From assembly GCA_047285805.1 (NCBI GenBank), contig JBJBCN010000003.1, forward strand, positions 96,001 through 160,000: a stretch of DNA of 64,000 nt, given 5' to 3'. Below, in pieces: positions 45,808-56,569 of the stretch. Source of the stretch: Synechococcus sp. (GTDB lineage: Bacteria; Cyanobacteriota; Cyanobacteriia; PCC-6307; Cyanobiaceae). Each line of letters opens with the position of its first letter. The stretch's first letter is position 1. The position numbers and the translations under genes are program-made. The notes below the pieces were generated by a model, which saw only the letters and a program-made list of their open reading frames with translations, was not told the origin of the DNA and made no database searches.

Positions 45808-46872
45808 TCACTCGTAAGCCATTTCGCCGTCTTCAGCCTGCTCAAGCAGCATTTGCTTGTAGCGGGCTGCCATTTCCTCAGCCTTCTCGAAGACCTTCTG
45901 GGGATCGGTGAGCATGTCACCGGGCTCGGGCTCAAGAGCTTTGGTGGAGAGGGAGATCCGACCGCGCTCGGCGTCGAGATCGATGATCATCACCTTCATC
46001 TGATCGTTGACATTGAGCACCGTGTGGGGGGTCTCAATGTGCTCGTGACTGATCTCGGAGATGTGCAGCAGGCCGCTAACACCGCCGATGTCGATGAATG
46101 CGCCGTAGGGCTTGATGCCGCGGACGGTACCGATCACCACTTCGCCCACCTCGAGGCGGTTCATCTTGCGTTCAACCAGAGCGCGGCGATGGCTGAGGAC
46201 GAGGCGGTTCCGCTCTTCATCCACTTCAAGGAACTTCAGAGGCAGGAATTCAGCAACCAGCTCTTCCTTGGGCTTGCGGGTGCTGATGTGGCTACCGGGG
46301 ATGAAGCCGCGAAGACCTTCCACACGCACCAGTGCACCACCACGGTTTGTGGCGAAGACTTCGCTGTAGATGGTGGCGTCTTCCTTCTGGAGCTGACGCA
46401 CCCGCTCCCAAGCCCGCTGGTACTCAATCCGACGGATCGAGAGGGTGAGCTGACCGTCTTCGTTCTCTTCGCTGAGAATGAAGAACTCGCGCTCTTCACC
46501 AGGCTCGAGCACGTCGCTGATGTGCTCAACACGGTTGATCGACACCTCCTGCATGGGCATGAAGGCGGCGGTCTTCGCGCCGATGTCGATCATGGAGCCC
46601 TTTGGCTCGATGGCGAACACGGTGCCCTTCACCACGTCGCCAGGCTTGAAGTTGTAGTCGTACTTGCTCAGCAGCGACGCGAACTCATCCAGGGTGAAGC
46701 CAACGCCGTCGAGGTCGCGAGCCACAGCACGGCTGCTGGGATCGTCGGCGCTGGGCACCTCTTCCGGAATGTCTAGATCGAGCTCAGCAGCAGCATCAGT
46801 GACGTCTTGATCGACAGCCTCTACGGCCACGTCGGTCTCGCTGGTGTTGAGATCGGAAGGGGTCACGGTCAT
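45808..46872 (-). CDS. rpsA: 30S ribosomal protein S1
   Basis: Three S1 domains; GLLHISEIS and RISLSTK motifs. Confidence 0.95.
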   Translation of the reverse strand: MTVTPSDLNTSETDVAVEAVDQDVTDAAAELDLDIPEEVPSADDPSSRAVARDLDGVGFTLDEFASLLSKYDYNFKPGDVVKGTVFAIEPKGSMIDIGAKTAAFMPMQEVSINRVEHISDVLEPGEEREFFILSEENEDGQLTLSIRRIEYQRAWERVRQLQKEDATIYSEVFATNRGGALVRVEGLRGFIPGSHISTRKPKEELVAEFLPLKFLEVDEERNRLVLSHRRALVERKMNRLEVGEVVIGTVRGIKPYGAFIDIGGVSGLLHISEISHEHIETPHTVLNVNDQMKVMIIDLDAERGRISLSTKALEPEPGDMLTDPQKVFEKAEEMAARYKQMLLEQAEDGEMAYE

Positions 46873-46988
46873 GGAGAGTTGGCGGACTGCCCAAGGCAGC
46901 GCGAAGGAACCAATGCGTCGGCCGCCACCGGCGCAGGGGAATCCAAAACTATAGAGGTCTGCTGCCGCCGCTCCTGATCGGCGAAGCG

Positions 46989-47471
46989 CTAGCCGACCGC
47001 CGCGAGCGCTTTGCCCTTGGGCTTGTGATTTAAGCCATCCAGCGTGGCCACGAAATCAGCAACGCTCTGGAACTGACGGTAGACCGACGCGAAGCGGATG
47101 TAGGCGACATCGCTCATCCCTGCCAGGTGCTGCAGGGCCAATTCACCGATGTCCCGACTGGAGACTTCTCGGCCGCTACGGCTCTGGAGCTCCAGCTCCA
47201 GCTCGTCAACGACAAGTTCCAGGCGGCTGGGCTCGAGCCCAGTCTTGTCGCAAGCCCGAAGCAGACCGCGGAGCAGCTTACCGCGATTGAACACTTCTCG
47301 ATTGCCATTACGCTTAAGGACCGTGATCGGCACGGTCTCCACCCGTTCATAGGTGGTGAAGCGAAACTCGCAATTCAGGCACTCTCGACGGCGGCGCACA
47401 CTGCGACCGGTGTCCGCGGACCGCGATTCAAGAACGCGGCTATCGGTGTGCTGACAGGAGGGGCACTGCAT
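46989..47471 (-). CDS. nrdR: Transcriptional repressor NrdR
   Basis: [21 protein letters not shown] and YIRFASVY motifs. Confidence 0.95.
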   Translation of the reverse strand: MQCPSCQHTDSRVLESRSADTGRSVRRRRECLNCEFRFTTYERVETVPITVLKRNGNREVFNRGKLLRGLLRACDKTGLEPSRLELVVDELELELQSRSGREVSSRDIGELALQHLAGMSDVAYIRFASVYRQFQSVADFVATLDGLNHKPKGKALAAVG

Positions 47472-47672
47472 GCCCGAAGTTCCGCCGGAGAAGTTGATCA
47501 AGTTTAGACAGAACAATTCCCTTTGAGAAGGGCTACTGCCACTTGGGTCTTACCAAGCAACAGTTCAACTCACCACATCAACGGATGAGACTCAGCGCTC
47601 AACAAGGGCCGGGCAAGTCGACATGAGATTGATTTGAGAGCCTCAGCTCCGTTGACATGATCGCCTGACATG

Positions 47673-47699
47673 AAAAAACCCCCGCCTATGGCGGGGGTT
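47673..47699 (-). terminator. Intrinsic terminator after psbB-psbT
   Basis: AACCCCCGCC/GGCGGGGGTT stem with an A-run on the + strand. Confidence 0.8.
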
Positions 47700-47720
47700 G
47701 CAGGACTGAGAAGAGTCGAA

Positions 47721-47816
47721 TCACTTACCAATCTTCGGGGGGTCGCGGAAGGCGATCGCGAAGAAAAGTGTGGAGATGGCTAATGCCAGGATGAGGATGT
47801 AAGCAAAGCTTTCCAT
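47721..47816 (-). CDS. psbT: Photosystem II protein PsbT
   Basis: Manual translation: [31 protein letters not shown]. Confidence 0.95.
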   Translation of the reverse strand: MESFAYILILALAISTLFFAIAFRDPPKIGK

Positions 47817-47834
47817 GAATTACCTCCGAAGCGC

Positions 47835-49394
47835 TCAGCTGAGTGTGGTGCGTGCGGGGGGCACGTAGCCCTCCGGCAGGCGACGGGTGGAGCGGTCGCC
47901 CAGTTTCTGGAAGAGACCAAACTCAACCTGCTCACCGAGATCGGGATCGATACCGGCGAAAACATCGCGGTACAGGGTGCGAGCACCGTGCCATATGTGA
48001 CCGAAGAAGAACAGCAACGCAAAGCAGGCATGGCCGAAGGTGAACCAGCCGCGGGGGGAGCTGCGGAAGGTGCCGTCGGAGTGATAGGTCTCGCGATCAA
48101 ATTCGAACGCTTCACCCAGTTGTGCTTTGCGAGCCAGGCGCTTCACGTCAGAGGGATCGGTGAAGGTCTGACCGTTGAGCGCACCGCCGTAGACGGTTGC
48201 GGTCACGCCGGTCTGCTCAAAGGAGTACTTCGCTTCAGCGCGGCGGAAGGGAATGTCAGCGCGGACTATGCCTTGGCTGTCTTCAAGAACCACAGGGAAG
48301 TTCTCGAAGAAGTTGGGCAGACGGCGCACCTCGAGGTCGCGGCCATTGTTGTCGGTGAAGGCGATGTGACCTAGCCAGCCAGTAGGGAGTCCATCACCGT
48401 TGACCATCGGACCGACGCGGAACAGACCGCCCTTGGCAGGGCTGTTACCGACGTAGTCGTAGAAGGCCAGTTTTTCAGGAATCTGGGCGTAGGCCTGTTC
48501 CTTCGTGGCGCCGTTGTCCAAAGCGGTCTGAACGCGGCGATTGATCTCGGTCTTGAAGTAGCCCTGATCCCACTGATAGCGGGTCGGACCAAAGAGCTCG
48601 ATGGGGGTTGCTGCAGCGCCGTACCACATAGTTCCAGCCACGATGAAGGCGGCAAAGAACACGGCTGCGATTGCACTCGAGAGCACCGTCTCGATGTTGC
48701 CCATACGAAGAGCCTTGTAAAGGCGCTCGGGCGGACGAGTGGTGATGTGGAAGACACCAGCAATGATGCCGACGATGCCAGCAGCAATGTGGTGGGCAAC
48801 AATTCCACCAGGATTGAAGGGGTTGAACCCTTCAGGGCCCCATGAAGGCTGGACAGCCTCAAGGTGTCCGGTCACGCCGTAGGAGTCAGAGACCCACATG
48901 CCCGGACCAAAGACGCCGGTGAGGTGGAAGGCACCAAAGCTGAAGCAACCGAGGCCAGCAAGCAGCAGGTGAATACCGAAAATTTTGGGTAGATCAAGGG
49001 CAGGCTCGCCAGTGCGAGGGTCCTGCCAGATCTCTAGATCCCAGTAGGTCCAGTGCCAAATGGCAGCCAGCATCAGCAGGCCACTGAAAACGATGTGAGC
49101 AGCTGCCACACCTTCGAAACTCCAGAAGCCGGGGTCCACACCGGTTGCACCGGTGATACTCCAGCCGCCCCAGCTATCCGTCACGCCCAGGCGAGCCATG
49201 AACGGCATGACAAACATGCCCTGGCGCCACATGGGGTTGAGCACAGGGTCGGAGGGATCGAAGATGGCCAGCTCATAGAGCGCCATGGAGCCGGCCCAGC
49301 CGGCGACCAAAGCAGTGTGCATGAGGTGCACGGCGAGCAAACGGCCCGGGTCGTTAATCACGACCGTGTGCACCCGATACCAGGGCAATCCCAT
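47835..49394 (-). CDS. psbB: Photosystem II CP47
   Basis: [19 protein letters not shown]; 519 aa. Confidence 0.98.
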   Translation of the reverse strand: MGLPWYRVHTVVINDPGRLLAVHLMHTALVAGWAGSMALYELAIFDPSDPVLNPMWRQGMFVMPFMARLGVTDSWGGWSITGATGVDPGFWSFEGVAAAHIVFSGLLMLAAIWHWTYWDLEIWQDPRTGEPALDLPKIFGIHLLLAGLGCFSFGAFHLTGVFGPGMWVSDSYGVTGHLEAVQPSWGPEGFNPFNPGGIVAHHIAAGIVGIIAGVFHITTRPPERLYKALRMGNIETVLSSAIAAVFFAAFIVAGTMWYGAAATPIELFGPTRYQWDQGYFKTEINRRVQTALDNGATKEQAYAQIPEKLAFYDYVGNSPAKGGLFRVGPMVNGDGLPTGWLGHIAFTDNNGRDLEVRRLPNFFENFPVVLEDSQGIVRADIPFRRAEAKYSFEQTGVTATVYGGALNGQTFTDPSDVKRLARKAQLGEAFEFDRETYHSDGTFRSSPRGWFTFGHACFALLFFFGHIWHGARTLYRDVFAGIDPDLGEQVEFGLFQKLGDRSTRRLPEGYVPPARTTLS

Positions 49395-49671
49395 GGGGGT
49401 CAGGTCCGAGGAAACATCGAGCCTTCCGCTTCAGAAAACCGAAACCGGAAGTCAGCGCGATCAGGTTTTGCCAGCGAAAGCAAGCAAATCGTTGATCCGT
49501 GCTCGCGATCGTAAGGGTTTCAGCTGACGGAACGTTTTCAAGGGTCGCGAGCTGAAACGTGCCGTGACGGGAAAACGGCGCTGTAGCCCCAGGGAGCGCT
49601 CTTCACGGCAAAGCCGCGGTTACAAATCGCAATCCATTCCCTCAGAATGAAGAGATTCCGCCGCCGCCGCC

Positions 49672-50130
49672 ATGCCCGTCATTCGCTTCGTTCGTGAGGG
49701 ACGGGATGTGGAGTGCTATCCCGGCGAGAACCTGCGAGAGGTCGCCCTGCGTGAAGGCGTGGAGCTCTATGGCCTCAAAGGCCAGCTCGGGAACTGCGGT
49801 GGTTGCGGTCAGTGCATCACCTGTTTCGTCGATGTGGTGGATGAGAGCACTCCCGGAAGCCTGAGCGGCAGAACCGCCGTTGAGGAGCAGAAGTTGCGCC
49901 GCCGGCCTCAAACCTGGCGGCTGGCCTGCCAGAGCCTGGTCCAACAATCGGTCCTCGTGCTGACTCGGCCCCAGGTGCGCTTTGGCGATGCCGAGCAACG
50001 GATTGCGACCGCGAAAGCCAACCCTCTACCAGCAGGTCCCACCACCTGGCCTGAACCTCCAAGCCAGGAGGAGGAAGCCATGGAAACCACTGCCGAGGGA
50101 GAAAGCACAACGACGGATGAAGAGGCCTGA
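49672..50130 (+). CDS. 2Fe-2S ferredoxin-like protein
   Basis: NCGGCGQCITC and RLACQ motifs. Confidence 0.88.
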   Translation: MPVIRFVREGRDVECYPGENLREVALREGVELYGLKGQLGNCGGCGQCITCFVDVVDESTPGSLSGRTAVEEQKLRRRPQTWRLACQSLVQQSVLVLTRPQVRFGDAEQRIATAKANPLPAGPTTWPEPPSQEEEAMETTAEGESTTTDEEA

Positions 50131-50178
50131 TCAAGCCCCATTGGCGGTGATACGGTCACTTGGCTCAAGACTTTTGCG

Positions 50179-50283
50179 ATGGAAACCAACGACCTCGGCT
50201 TCGTCGCCAGCCTGATGTTCGTGCTGGTGCCGACGGTGTTCTTGATTGTTCTGTATATCCAGACCAGCAGCCGCCAGAGCTGA
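50179..50283 (+). CDS. psbM: Photosystem II protein PsbM
   Basis: Manual translation: [34 protein letters not shown]. Confidence 0.95.
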   Translation: METNDLGFVASLMFVLVPTVFLIVLYIQTSSRQS

Positions 50284-50305
50284 TCCGATCCAATTGGTTT
50301 CATTG

Positions 50306-50344
50306 GCCCTGGATGCTCCTTGATGCATCCGGGCTTTTCTTTTT
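50306..50344 (+). terminator. Intrinsic terminator after psbM
   Basis: GCCCTGGATGC/GCATCCGGGC stem followed by a T-rich tail. Confidence 0.7.
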
Positions 50345-50451
50345 CACTGCAACAGACCGTTTAGGGATCAACAAACAACGCCCATGGCCAAACGGTCCGG
50401 GCGTTGTTGGTATCAAGCGGCGATCCAAAAAGGATTGAACCGTCTTGATGC

Positions 50452-51300
50452 TCAACCGCGAGCTTCGGGCTCCCGAACAAGCAGAACCGGAGCAGGGGCG
50501 TGCACTCGGATGTAGTCGCTGACCGAGGAGCCCAACAGGCGATCGATATCGACAAGACCACGGGCCACCAGCGGTCGCCGGTCCTGGGAAGCGATCACGA
50601 CCAAATCAGCGTTGTGTGCTTCAGCGGCCTGACAGAAACCGCGGCCAACTTCACCGGTGCCGTGGATCGCTTTCATCTCAACACCAAAACCACGGGCCCG
50701 TTGCACAGCCTTCTCCAGCAATTCATCTGCAGGGGTTTGACCACCACGGGTGGGGATGATGTCCTGGCGGCTGATATGAATGCCGGTCAACGAGCTGCCG
50801 GGAACATCGCGCACTAGCTCACAGGCCAGCTTTAAGGCGTCATCACCGACCCCGGTGCCATCAATCGCCACCATGACGCGATTGATATGACGAACGTAGA
50901 GGTCATCTCGCACCAGCAACATCGGCCGGGTCGAGAGCTGAAAGACGTACTGACTGGCGCTGTTGCTCAGGATCGACTGAAGCCGGCCGAGGCCCCGAGA
51001 CCCCATCACGATCAAATCAGCATTCAATTCATCGGCCACCTTCAACACCGTTTGTTTGGTGTCGCCTTGGCGAATGATCGTGTTGACCTCAGCCGGATTC
51101 AATCGCAGCCGCTGAACAGCCTCAGCGACGATGCCGGCTGCTTTCTGGGAATGCTCGGAATAGTCCTGACCAGCCTGCTCCGTAACCACATGCAGGAGGT
51201 TGATGCGGGCCTGTCGCACGGTCGGGATGGCGCGCAGCATGCGCACCATCTCCTCGACATGACCTTTGCCTGAATCGGCGATCAAAAGATTGCGAAACAC
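50452..51300 (-). CDS. Tandem universal stress protein
   Basis: Two USP domains; ADLIVMGSRG and LLGSSVSD motifs. Confidence 0.88.
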   Translation of the reverse strand: MFRNLLIADSGKGHVEEMVRMLRAIPTVRQARINLLHVVTEQAGQDYSEHSQKAAGIVAEAVQRLRLNPAEVNTIIRQGDTKQTVLKVADELNADLIVMGSRGLGRLQSILSNSASQYVFQLSTRPMLLVRDDLYVRHINRVMVAIDGTGVGDDALKLACELVRDVPGSSLTGIHISRQDIIPTRGGQTPADELLEKAVQRARGFGVEMKAIHGTGEVGRGFCQAAEAHNADLVVIASQDRRPLVARGLVDIDRLLGSSVSDYIRVHAPAPVLLVREPEARG

Positions 51301-51354
51301 ATCCCAGGGGCGCGTTGGGGCAGCCTATGGCTGATTGGCCAACAACCTGGACTT

Positions 51355-51870
51355 GTGCACGAGACCGTGACGGAGCAGCAACATCAACGCCCTTGGCAGA
51401 TCGAGCGAGCGGTTCTTCCGCAACACACCGACCACGCCGGGGTGATGTGGCATGGCAGTTATATGGCATGGCTGGAGGAGGCCCGAGTGGAGGCCCTCCG
51501 CCAAGCGGGCTTGGCCTACAGCGACCTCTCCGAACGCGGATTAGAAATGCCCGTGATCTCCCTCAAAGTCGACTACCGCAAAGCCCTATTGCACGGAGAG
51601 TCCGTGCGGGTGGAGAGCTGGGTACTGGCCCAAAAGGGGGTCAAACTGCCCTGGCGCAGCACCTTCCTGAAGGCGGATGGAAGCGTGGCCGCTGAGGCAC
51701 ATGTGGAACTGGTGCTGGTGGAGCTGAGCCAAGGCCCTAGCCAACGGCGACTGTTGCGCAGACCACCCGAGGACCTAAGGCAAGCGCTAGAGCAGCTAAG
51801 GGAAGGCCCAAGTCACGACACAATTGTCGCACCTTTGGACGGATGCCTTTCAGGTATTGAGCCTACGTAG
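51355..51870 (+). CDS. Acyl-CoA thioesterase (YbgC/4HBT hotdog family)
   Basis: TDHAGVMWHGSYMAWLEEAR motif. Confidence 0.85.
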   Translation: MHETVTEQQHQRPWQIERAVLPQHTDHAGVMWHGSYMAWLEEARVEALRQAGLAYSDLSERGLEMPVISLKVDYRKALLHGESVRVESWVLAQKGVKLPWRSTFLKADGSVAAEAHVELVLVELSQGPSQRRLLRRPPEDLRQALEQLREGPSHDTIVAPLDGCLSGIEPT

Positions 51871-51937
51871 AACAAATCCGCCGAACGCAACAGCTCATAC
51901 AGAAGCCAACACCCACCGCCAGAGCCCAAGAATAGTG

Positions 51938-52363
51938 CTAACCCCACACTTCAAAAACACCATCAACGGGTCTCCCTTGCTTGAGTCCGCCCCAATTGAT
52001 GGTCTCGAGGAAAGCGCCTCCATCCTCAGTCTCCACTACGTCGACACCCCAGCAGCCCTCTTGGAGAGGTGATCCCGGCATACCCGGGCTGTCTTTACGC
52101 CCTCCCAGTGCAAGAAGCTCATGGTCCGCTCCATGTCCCAACATCTTTCGCATGGCACGCCATGCGCGGGGCAGTTCCACGGCTAGAGCACTGGCATCCA
52201 ACTCCGAATCAACACGCACGAGCCAATGGGGGTGATCTAGTGGTTCTGCTGTGTCGATGTACTGGCTGCTCGCTTGCAATGTCTCAGCCAGAACTGCGGG
52301 TGCAAGGCTTGGCACGGCTTGGGCTTGAACCTGCAGATTGTGCGAGATAACAAAGCAGGTCAT
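51938..52363 (-). CDS. DUF2656-like protein
   Basis: FVISHNL, HPHWLV, LALGGRK and WGVDVVET motifs. Confidence 0.7.
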   Translation of the reverse strand: MTCFVISHNLQVQAQAVPSLAPAVLAETLQASSQYIDTAEPLDHPHWLVRVDSELDASALAVELPRAWRAMRKMLGHGADHELLALGGRKDSPGMPGSPLQEGCWGVDVVETEDGGAFLETINWGGLKQGRPVDGVFEVWG

Positions 52364-52677
52364 GACATGGGAGGAGTTGCGAAGACCCTAGAGCTTGAAG
52401 CGAGCGTTCGCGAAGTCAGGAACATTTTCATGACATCGATTATTGAATAATCCCTGTCTAGATTTTCACCCAAGATCCAAAGTCAATACAGAGGAAAACT
52501 CAGTAGAAGGGAAAGAGAGATCCTTGATCCCTGCACTATTCCACCAAACGAAACGTATGGGATGCATTATCCGCAATGCCTCATGAAAACACCAAACAAC
52601 CGACCTTCAATTTGCCCACTCGACTCAAGCGATGCCTTAAGTTCGGAATCAAAGAGGGCAGTGCAACATCATAATCA

Positions 52678-52938
52678 TCAGGACTCTTCGACTTCAGGAA
52701 ATCCCACTTGAGAGCGCCGAATCAGCTCAGCAAGCATCTCGAGTTTCGAATTTTCAGATTGAGAGGCACGAGTTGCCATCCAAGCTCGAGCAGCCTTCTG
52801 TTGTGCCAACTGCTGCACAAGCAAAAGTGCTATCTGGCGCAACTCATCTAAATCCGTGCAGTCATTAATCAGGCGAACAAACTTCTCACTCTCGAAAGAC
52901 ACTTCTAGCGACTGCTTGACAGGATCCATGGAAGCCAT
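52678..52938 (-). CDS. Small hypothetical helical protein
   Basis: SLEVSFESEKFVRLI...LDELRQIA. Confidence 0.6.
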   Translation of the reverse strand: MASMDPVKQSLEVSFESEKFVRLINDCTDLDELRQIALLLVQQLAQQKAARAWMATRASQSENSKLEMLAELIRRSQVGFPEVEES

Positions 52939-52941
52939 GTG

Positions 52942-53610
52942 TCAAATGTTTCGGTTATCAGTTCGGTTCGGCAACGCAAAACGGCGTCGAACCTTGGCCT
53001 GTATCAACGCTAAGATTAAAACACCCACAACCGCGGCGACCAAGGTCGACTTTCCACTGTCAAAAACGCCAGCACCTAGAGCCACGATCGGCAGGTCACT
53101 CATGAAGACGCTCAAAAATAAAGCCGGCAAGAAACGCTTAAGCGGGGTACCTGCGATACCCAAGCCGTAACTCACAAAATCAAAAAAACCAGTCATCAAA
53201 AGACCGGTCATCAAAAAGAAATTGGATTCAACCTTGGAGCCACTGAAACGCTCCACCATCGACATAGCTTTGTCACCAACTAGTCGACGCACGGGGCCCC
53301 TTCCAAAGTTGCGGGCCAACCAGAAGGCTAAGGAGCAGGCAATGACGTCAGTTAAGGCGATCGTCAAAAAGCCGGTCTTGAAGCCCAGGAGAGCACCAGC
53401 AGCAAGGGAATAAGCGGTGCTCGGCAAAGCTGGCAGAACAATGCTGACTCCGCGCAAAAGCATGATCCCGACAGGAGCCCAAACACCCATCGCCCCAAGG
53501 GACTGCCGAATTTGAGGCATGACATGGGCCTGGGCCAAAAGGGTCAAGCCAATAAACCCGAGGAGCACCAATAGGACCAGCAGTACTCGACGAAATGACG
53601 GGAAAACCAA
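52942..53610 (-). CDS. TVP38/TMEM64 (DedA/VTT domain) membrane protein
   Basis: PALPST..AGALLG, FWLARNFGR and FDFVSYGLG motifs. Confidence 0.82.
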   Translation of the reverse strand: MVFPSFRRVLLVLLVLLGFIGLTLLAQAHVMPQIRQSLGAMGVWAPVGIMLLRGVSIVLPALPSTAYSLAAGALLGFKTGFLTIALTDVIACSLAFWLARNFGRGPVRRLVGDKAMSMVERFSGSKVESNFFLMTGLLMTGFFDFVSYGLGIAGTPLKRFLPALFLSVFMSDLPIVALGAGVFDSGKSTLVAAVVGVLILALIQAKVRRRFALPNRTDNRNI

Positions 53611-53679
53611 GACTCCACAGGGGAAGGGAAGCTATCATCTTTCCACAACAACTTTGCCCAAACAAAACAGCTACACTAA

Positions 53680-54375
53680 TTGTATCGAAAAGCCAGAAAA
53701 CAATTCAAGGAAGAGGAGCAGCTAGTGGCAATCCAAGAGCATCAAAACAGCAGCGACGAGCTACACAAAAAAAGATTAATACATGCAAACCGTGGAAAGT
53801 GGGAGAGCATCTTTGTTCGGATTGGATCCAATCGAGAAGAAACCGAACGCTTTCCATGCCACCTCAGCGTAATCGAAGAAAACGGCTTTATCGAAGCTCA
53901 ACTGACATACCAACAGTCAGGGAAGATTGCACGATCCGCTTTTCGTGACATTCCAGAATCGATGCAAGTTGAAGCCACTGGCGATTGGTCCCTCGGCCCC
54001 AGATTCCTCACGCAAGAATTCTGGACCACAGAGTTTTGTCTCTGCAGACCGCATGAACGCCGCAGGGCAATAGTCCGCCAATGCAGGAACTGGCTTGAAT
54101 CAATTGTTGTGATCGTGGAATGGAGAGCGGGGCATACTCACGCAGCCTTTTCGCGGGATCTACCACGCCCCATTTACCTCAAGGAATCCAGCAGCGAGAA
54201 CACGTCTACCTTTGCAGTCATGGGTGACGGCCTCTCACTTGGCTTAGAGCTCACGCTACTCAATACCCCTAAACAGCAAGCAACCACATGGACCTGGGAC
54301 TCGGCAGCTATCACACGGCGATACGGCATCGACAATCAACTCTTACAGGAACAGGCTAGGATTCACCCTTCCTGA
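53680..54375 (+). CDS. Hypothetical protein, DUF3598-like beta-rich
   Basis: NRGKWESIFVR...ERF...GDWSLGP; start uncertain. Confidence 0.5.
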   Translation: MYRKARKQFKEEEQLVAIQEHQNSSDELHKKRLIHANRGKWESIFVRIGSNREETERFPCHLSVIEENGFIEAQLTYQQSGKIARSAFRDIPESMQVEATGDWSLGPRFLTQEFWTTEFCLCRPHERRRAIVRQCRNWLESIVVIVEWRAGHTHAAFSRDLPRPIYLKESSSENTSTFAVMGDGLSLGLELTLLNTPKQQATTWTWDSAAITRRYGIDNQLLQEQARIHPS

Positions 54376-54586
54376 AGTTCCGCAAAACTTCAACGTCCTG
54401 CTCCGGATCAATGCTTAGATCCGTCAAGACCAACGCCTTACCGATCGTGTTAATGGCGTACTCAATCGCGGCCAGGGACTTCGCCCCGTCTGAACTCCTT
54501 CGCCCAGCGCGAATGACGTCTGGGGTCACAAACGCGGCAGCCTTGTTGAACTGAGCGGCAATCTGGGCCAATTGCTCATCCATCAT
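54356..54586 (-). CDS. Small conserved hypothetical protein
   Basis: AIEYAINTIGKALVLTDLSIDPEQD. Confidence 0.6.
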   Translation of the reverse strand: MMDEQLAQIAAQFNKAAAFVTPDVIRAGRRSSDGAKSLAAIEYAINTIGKALVLTDLSIDPEQDVEVLRNFRKGES

Positions 54587-55019
54587 GCAAGAGGCCAGCG
54601 GGGTCAACCCTGAGCATCTCATTCACCGCGGCCTAGCGCCAGCGTGTCAGCATAAGACGCGCGAGTCCAACTCAATGTTATCGCGCATGAAATCGGGGCG
54701 GTCCAGGCTTGGAAGCGGCGCAAGGGACGGCTCCTATCCGTTCATCCCAGCAAGGGCAATCGTGAGATTTCAGCGTGTCGAGCGGATGAAATGCTCAGGA
54801 CCTTCTTTCTGACCTGCTCCTGGTCATCAAGAGCCCAGCTCGGGCGACTCCAGTTGAAGCTAAACCCCTGGCAGCGATTCAGCACTGAAGGCAGAAGGAG
54901 CCTCATCAAAACTGTTCAAGACGAGAAGCCAAAGCCAGCTAGCGCCATGGCGGAGGCCATGAAACAGGAAACCGCCATCTTGAACACGATTATCAGGCGA
55001 ACAAAAAAGATCCGCTAAC

Positions 55020-55045
55020 AAAAAAAAGAGCCCCAGAAGGGGCTC
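55020..55045 (-). terminator. Intrinsic terminator with no adjacent convincing CDS
   Basis: Minus strand GAGCCCC-TTCT-GGGGCTC followed by T8. Confidence 0.75.
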
Positions 55046-55196
55046 GACGCATTTCTCTTGATGGAATCTAAAGAAAACAATGCAGGTGATCAAGCGAGAT
55101 TAAGCAATTCGACCCCTGGGATTAACTGAGCTTATAAGTCAGAGGAGCAAGGCGTCAAGCGAGGACGTAATGATGGGTCAGTGAAGACCGCCCAAA

Positions 55197-55385
55197 GTGG
55201 ACCAAGCCTGGAAAGAGAGCGAGCAGCTACGACTTGAGAAGGTTCTCGCAATCGCAATAACAAGTCGGAACAAAGACATGCAAGCAAACATCGAACGCGA
55301 AATAGAAGCCCTCAAGCGAGAAGAACCCTCCCCACTCATCGCGGAATACCTAAACGAATACGGTGACGTCAGGGACGACCTGTAG
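55197..55385 (+). CDS. Small hypothetical protein
   Basis: 62 aa charged helical ORF (WKESEQLRLEKVLAIAI...SPLIAEYL). Confidence 0.55.
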   Translation: MDQAWKESEQLRLEKVLAIAITSRNKDMQANIEREIEALKREEPSPLIAEYLNEYGDVRDDL

Positions 55386-55406
55386 CGGCGCTTCAGCAAC
55401 AGCGAA

Positions 55407-55556
55407 TTAAGTCAGGAACCCCTCTAACTCAGCCAATGGGTCCGACTGCCCCTCAGCGATTGCTTTAGCTCGGGCGTAAAACCAGCTACCCGAGGAATTA
55501 GATCGTTCCAAACAAGCGGCGATGTTGAGCCAGTTCTCGCGTAATACGGAATCCAT
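55407..55556 (-). CDS. Small hypothetical protein (49 aa)
   Basis: MDSVLRENWLNIAACLE...FYARAKAIAEGQSDPL. Confidence 0.55.
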   Translation of the reverse strand: MDSVLRENWLNIAACLERSNSSGSWFYARAKAIAEGQSDPLAELEGFLT

Positions 55557-55693
55557 CAAAAAACAACCCCCTAAAGGATCGCTGGACAAATACTGCAGCG
55601 CGAGCCCCCACGAGGTTCGGATCCCACCATCGGACGACGAAGCCACAGCATGACCAGGCGCTCTGTAAACTATTGTGAAGATACTCGGTCGTT

Positions 55694-56569
55694 GTGCTCA
55701 AGCGCTTTGGTGTTATTGGCTGCGGCTACGTGGGTTCGGCAGTGTGCAGACGACTCCACCGTGCGGGGTATGACGTCGTAGCGACAATCCGCGACCAGTT
55801 GCGTTTCCCGATCGTTGAAGCCCTGGGTGCAACGCCAGCGCTACTGGATCTGGCCTCCGAACAAACAGACTTCCGCTTCCTGGACGAACTTGATGGCCTG
55901 CTGATCAGCGTTGCCCCCACCCGACAAGAGGAGAACTACGAAGATGTCTATGCCAAAGGGATTGGCAACCTCGTTCAAGCCTTAAAAATATCCTCCAACG
56001 CCCGGCCTCTTCACATCACTTACATCAGCACTGTCGGTGTCTTTGGGGACCAAGGCGGCAACTGGGTGCATGAAGGATCGCCACTTGACCGGAGCCATCC
56101 AATAAACCGTCTACTTATCAATGCTGAGCAGGAGATCCTTGGACTGCAGGGATACAACAGAAATGTCTGCGTTCTCCGCTTGGGAGGCATTTATGGACCT
56201 GGCAGGGACATGGTTGCGCTGGTCCAACAAGCCGCTGGGCGTAACATCTCTCGAGATGGCGATCATATTCCAGCTTGGACTCACCTCGAAGACGTCACTC
56301 GAGGCGTAGAATTTGCCATATCCCACGATTTAAAAGGAACGTTCAACCTGGTCGATGATATGTGCCTAAGCCGGAGGCAATTGGCTAACATAATTTGCGA
56401 GCGCAGGGGACTTCCCCCCGTGATGTGGCGAGGTGCATCCAACGGGGCTCGTGTTGTAAATGCCTCGGTTTCTAACACTAAGATCAAGCGGAGTGGATTC
56501 ACATTTCTTTCCCCATCCATGTTGGGTTTATCAACACTGACCGGCAACAGAGTCAATAGTCAAGTCTGA
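55694..56569 (+). CDS. NAD-dependent epimerase/dehydratase (atypical SDR)
   Basis: IGCGYVG, YISTVGVFG, LRLGGIYGPGR and HLEDV motifs. Confidence 0.85.
   Translation: MLKRFGVIGCGYVGSAVCRRLHRAGYDVVATIRDQLRFPIVEALGATPALLDLASEQTDFRFLDELDGLLISVAPTRQEENYEDVYAKGIGNLVQALKISSNARPLHITYISTVGVFGDQGGNWVHEGSPLDRSHPINRLLINAEQEILGLQGYNRNVCVLRLGGIYGPGRDMVALVQQAAGRNISRDGDHIPAWTHLEDVTRGVEFAISHDLKGTFNLVDDMCLSRRQLANIICERRGLPPVMWRGASNGARVVNASVSNTKIKRSGFTFLSPSMLGLSTLTGNRVNSQV

Noticed and set aside
47620..47673. GACATGA repeated three times upstream of nrdR
   Set aside because: Short, irregularly spaced and not an NrdR box; probably chance
49619..49627. GTTACAAA upstream of psbB (also upstream of psaA) as an RpaB/HLR1 site
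   Set aside because: Only one good half-site in each case, with no convincing direct repeat
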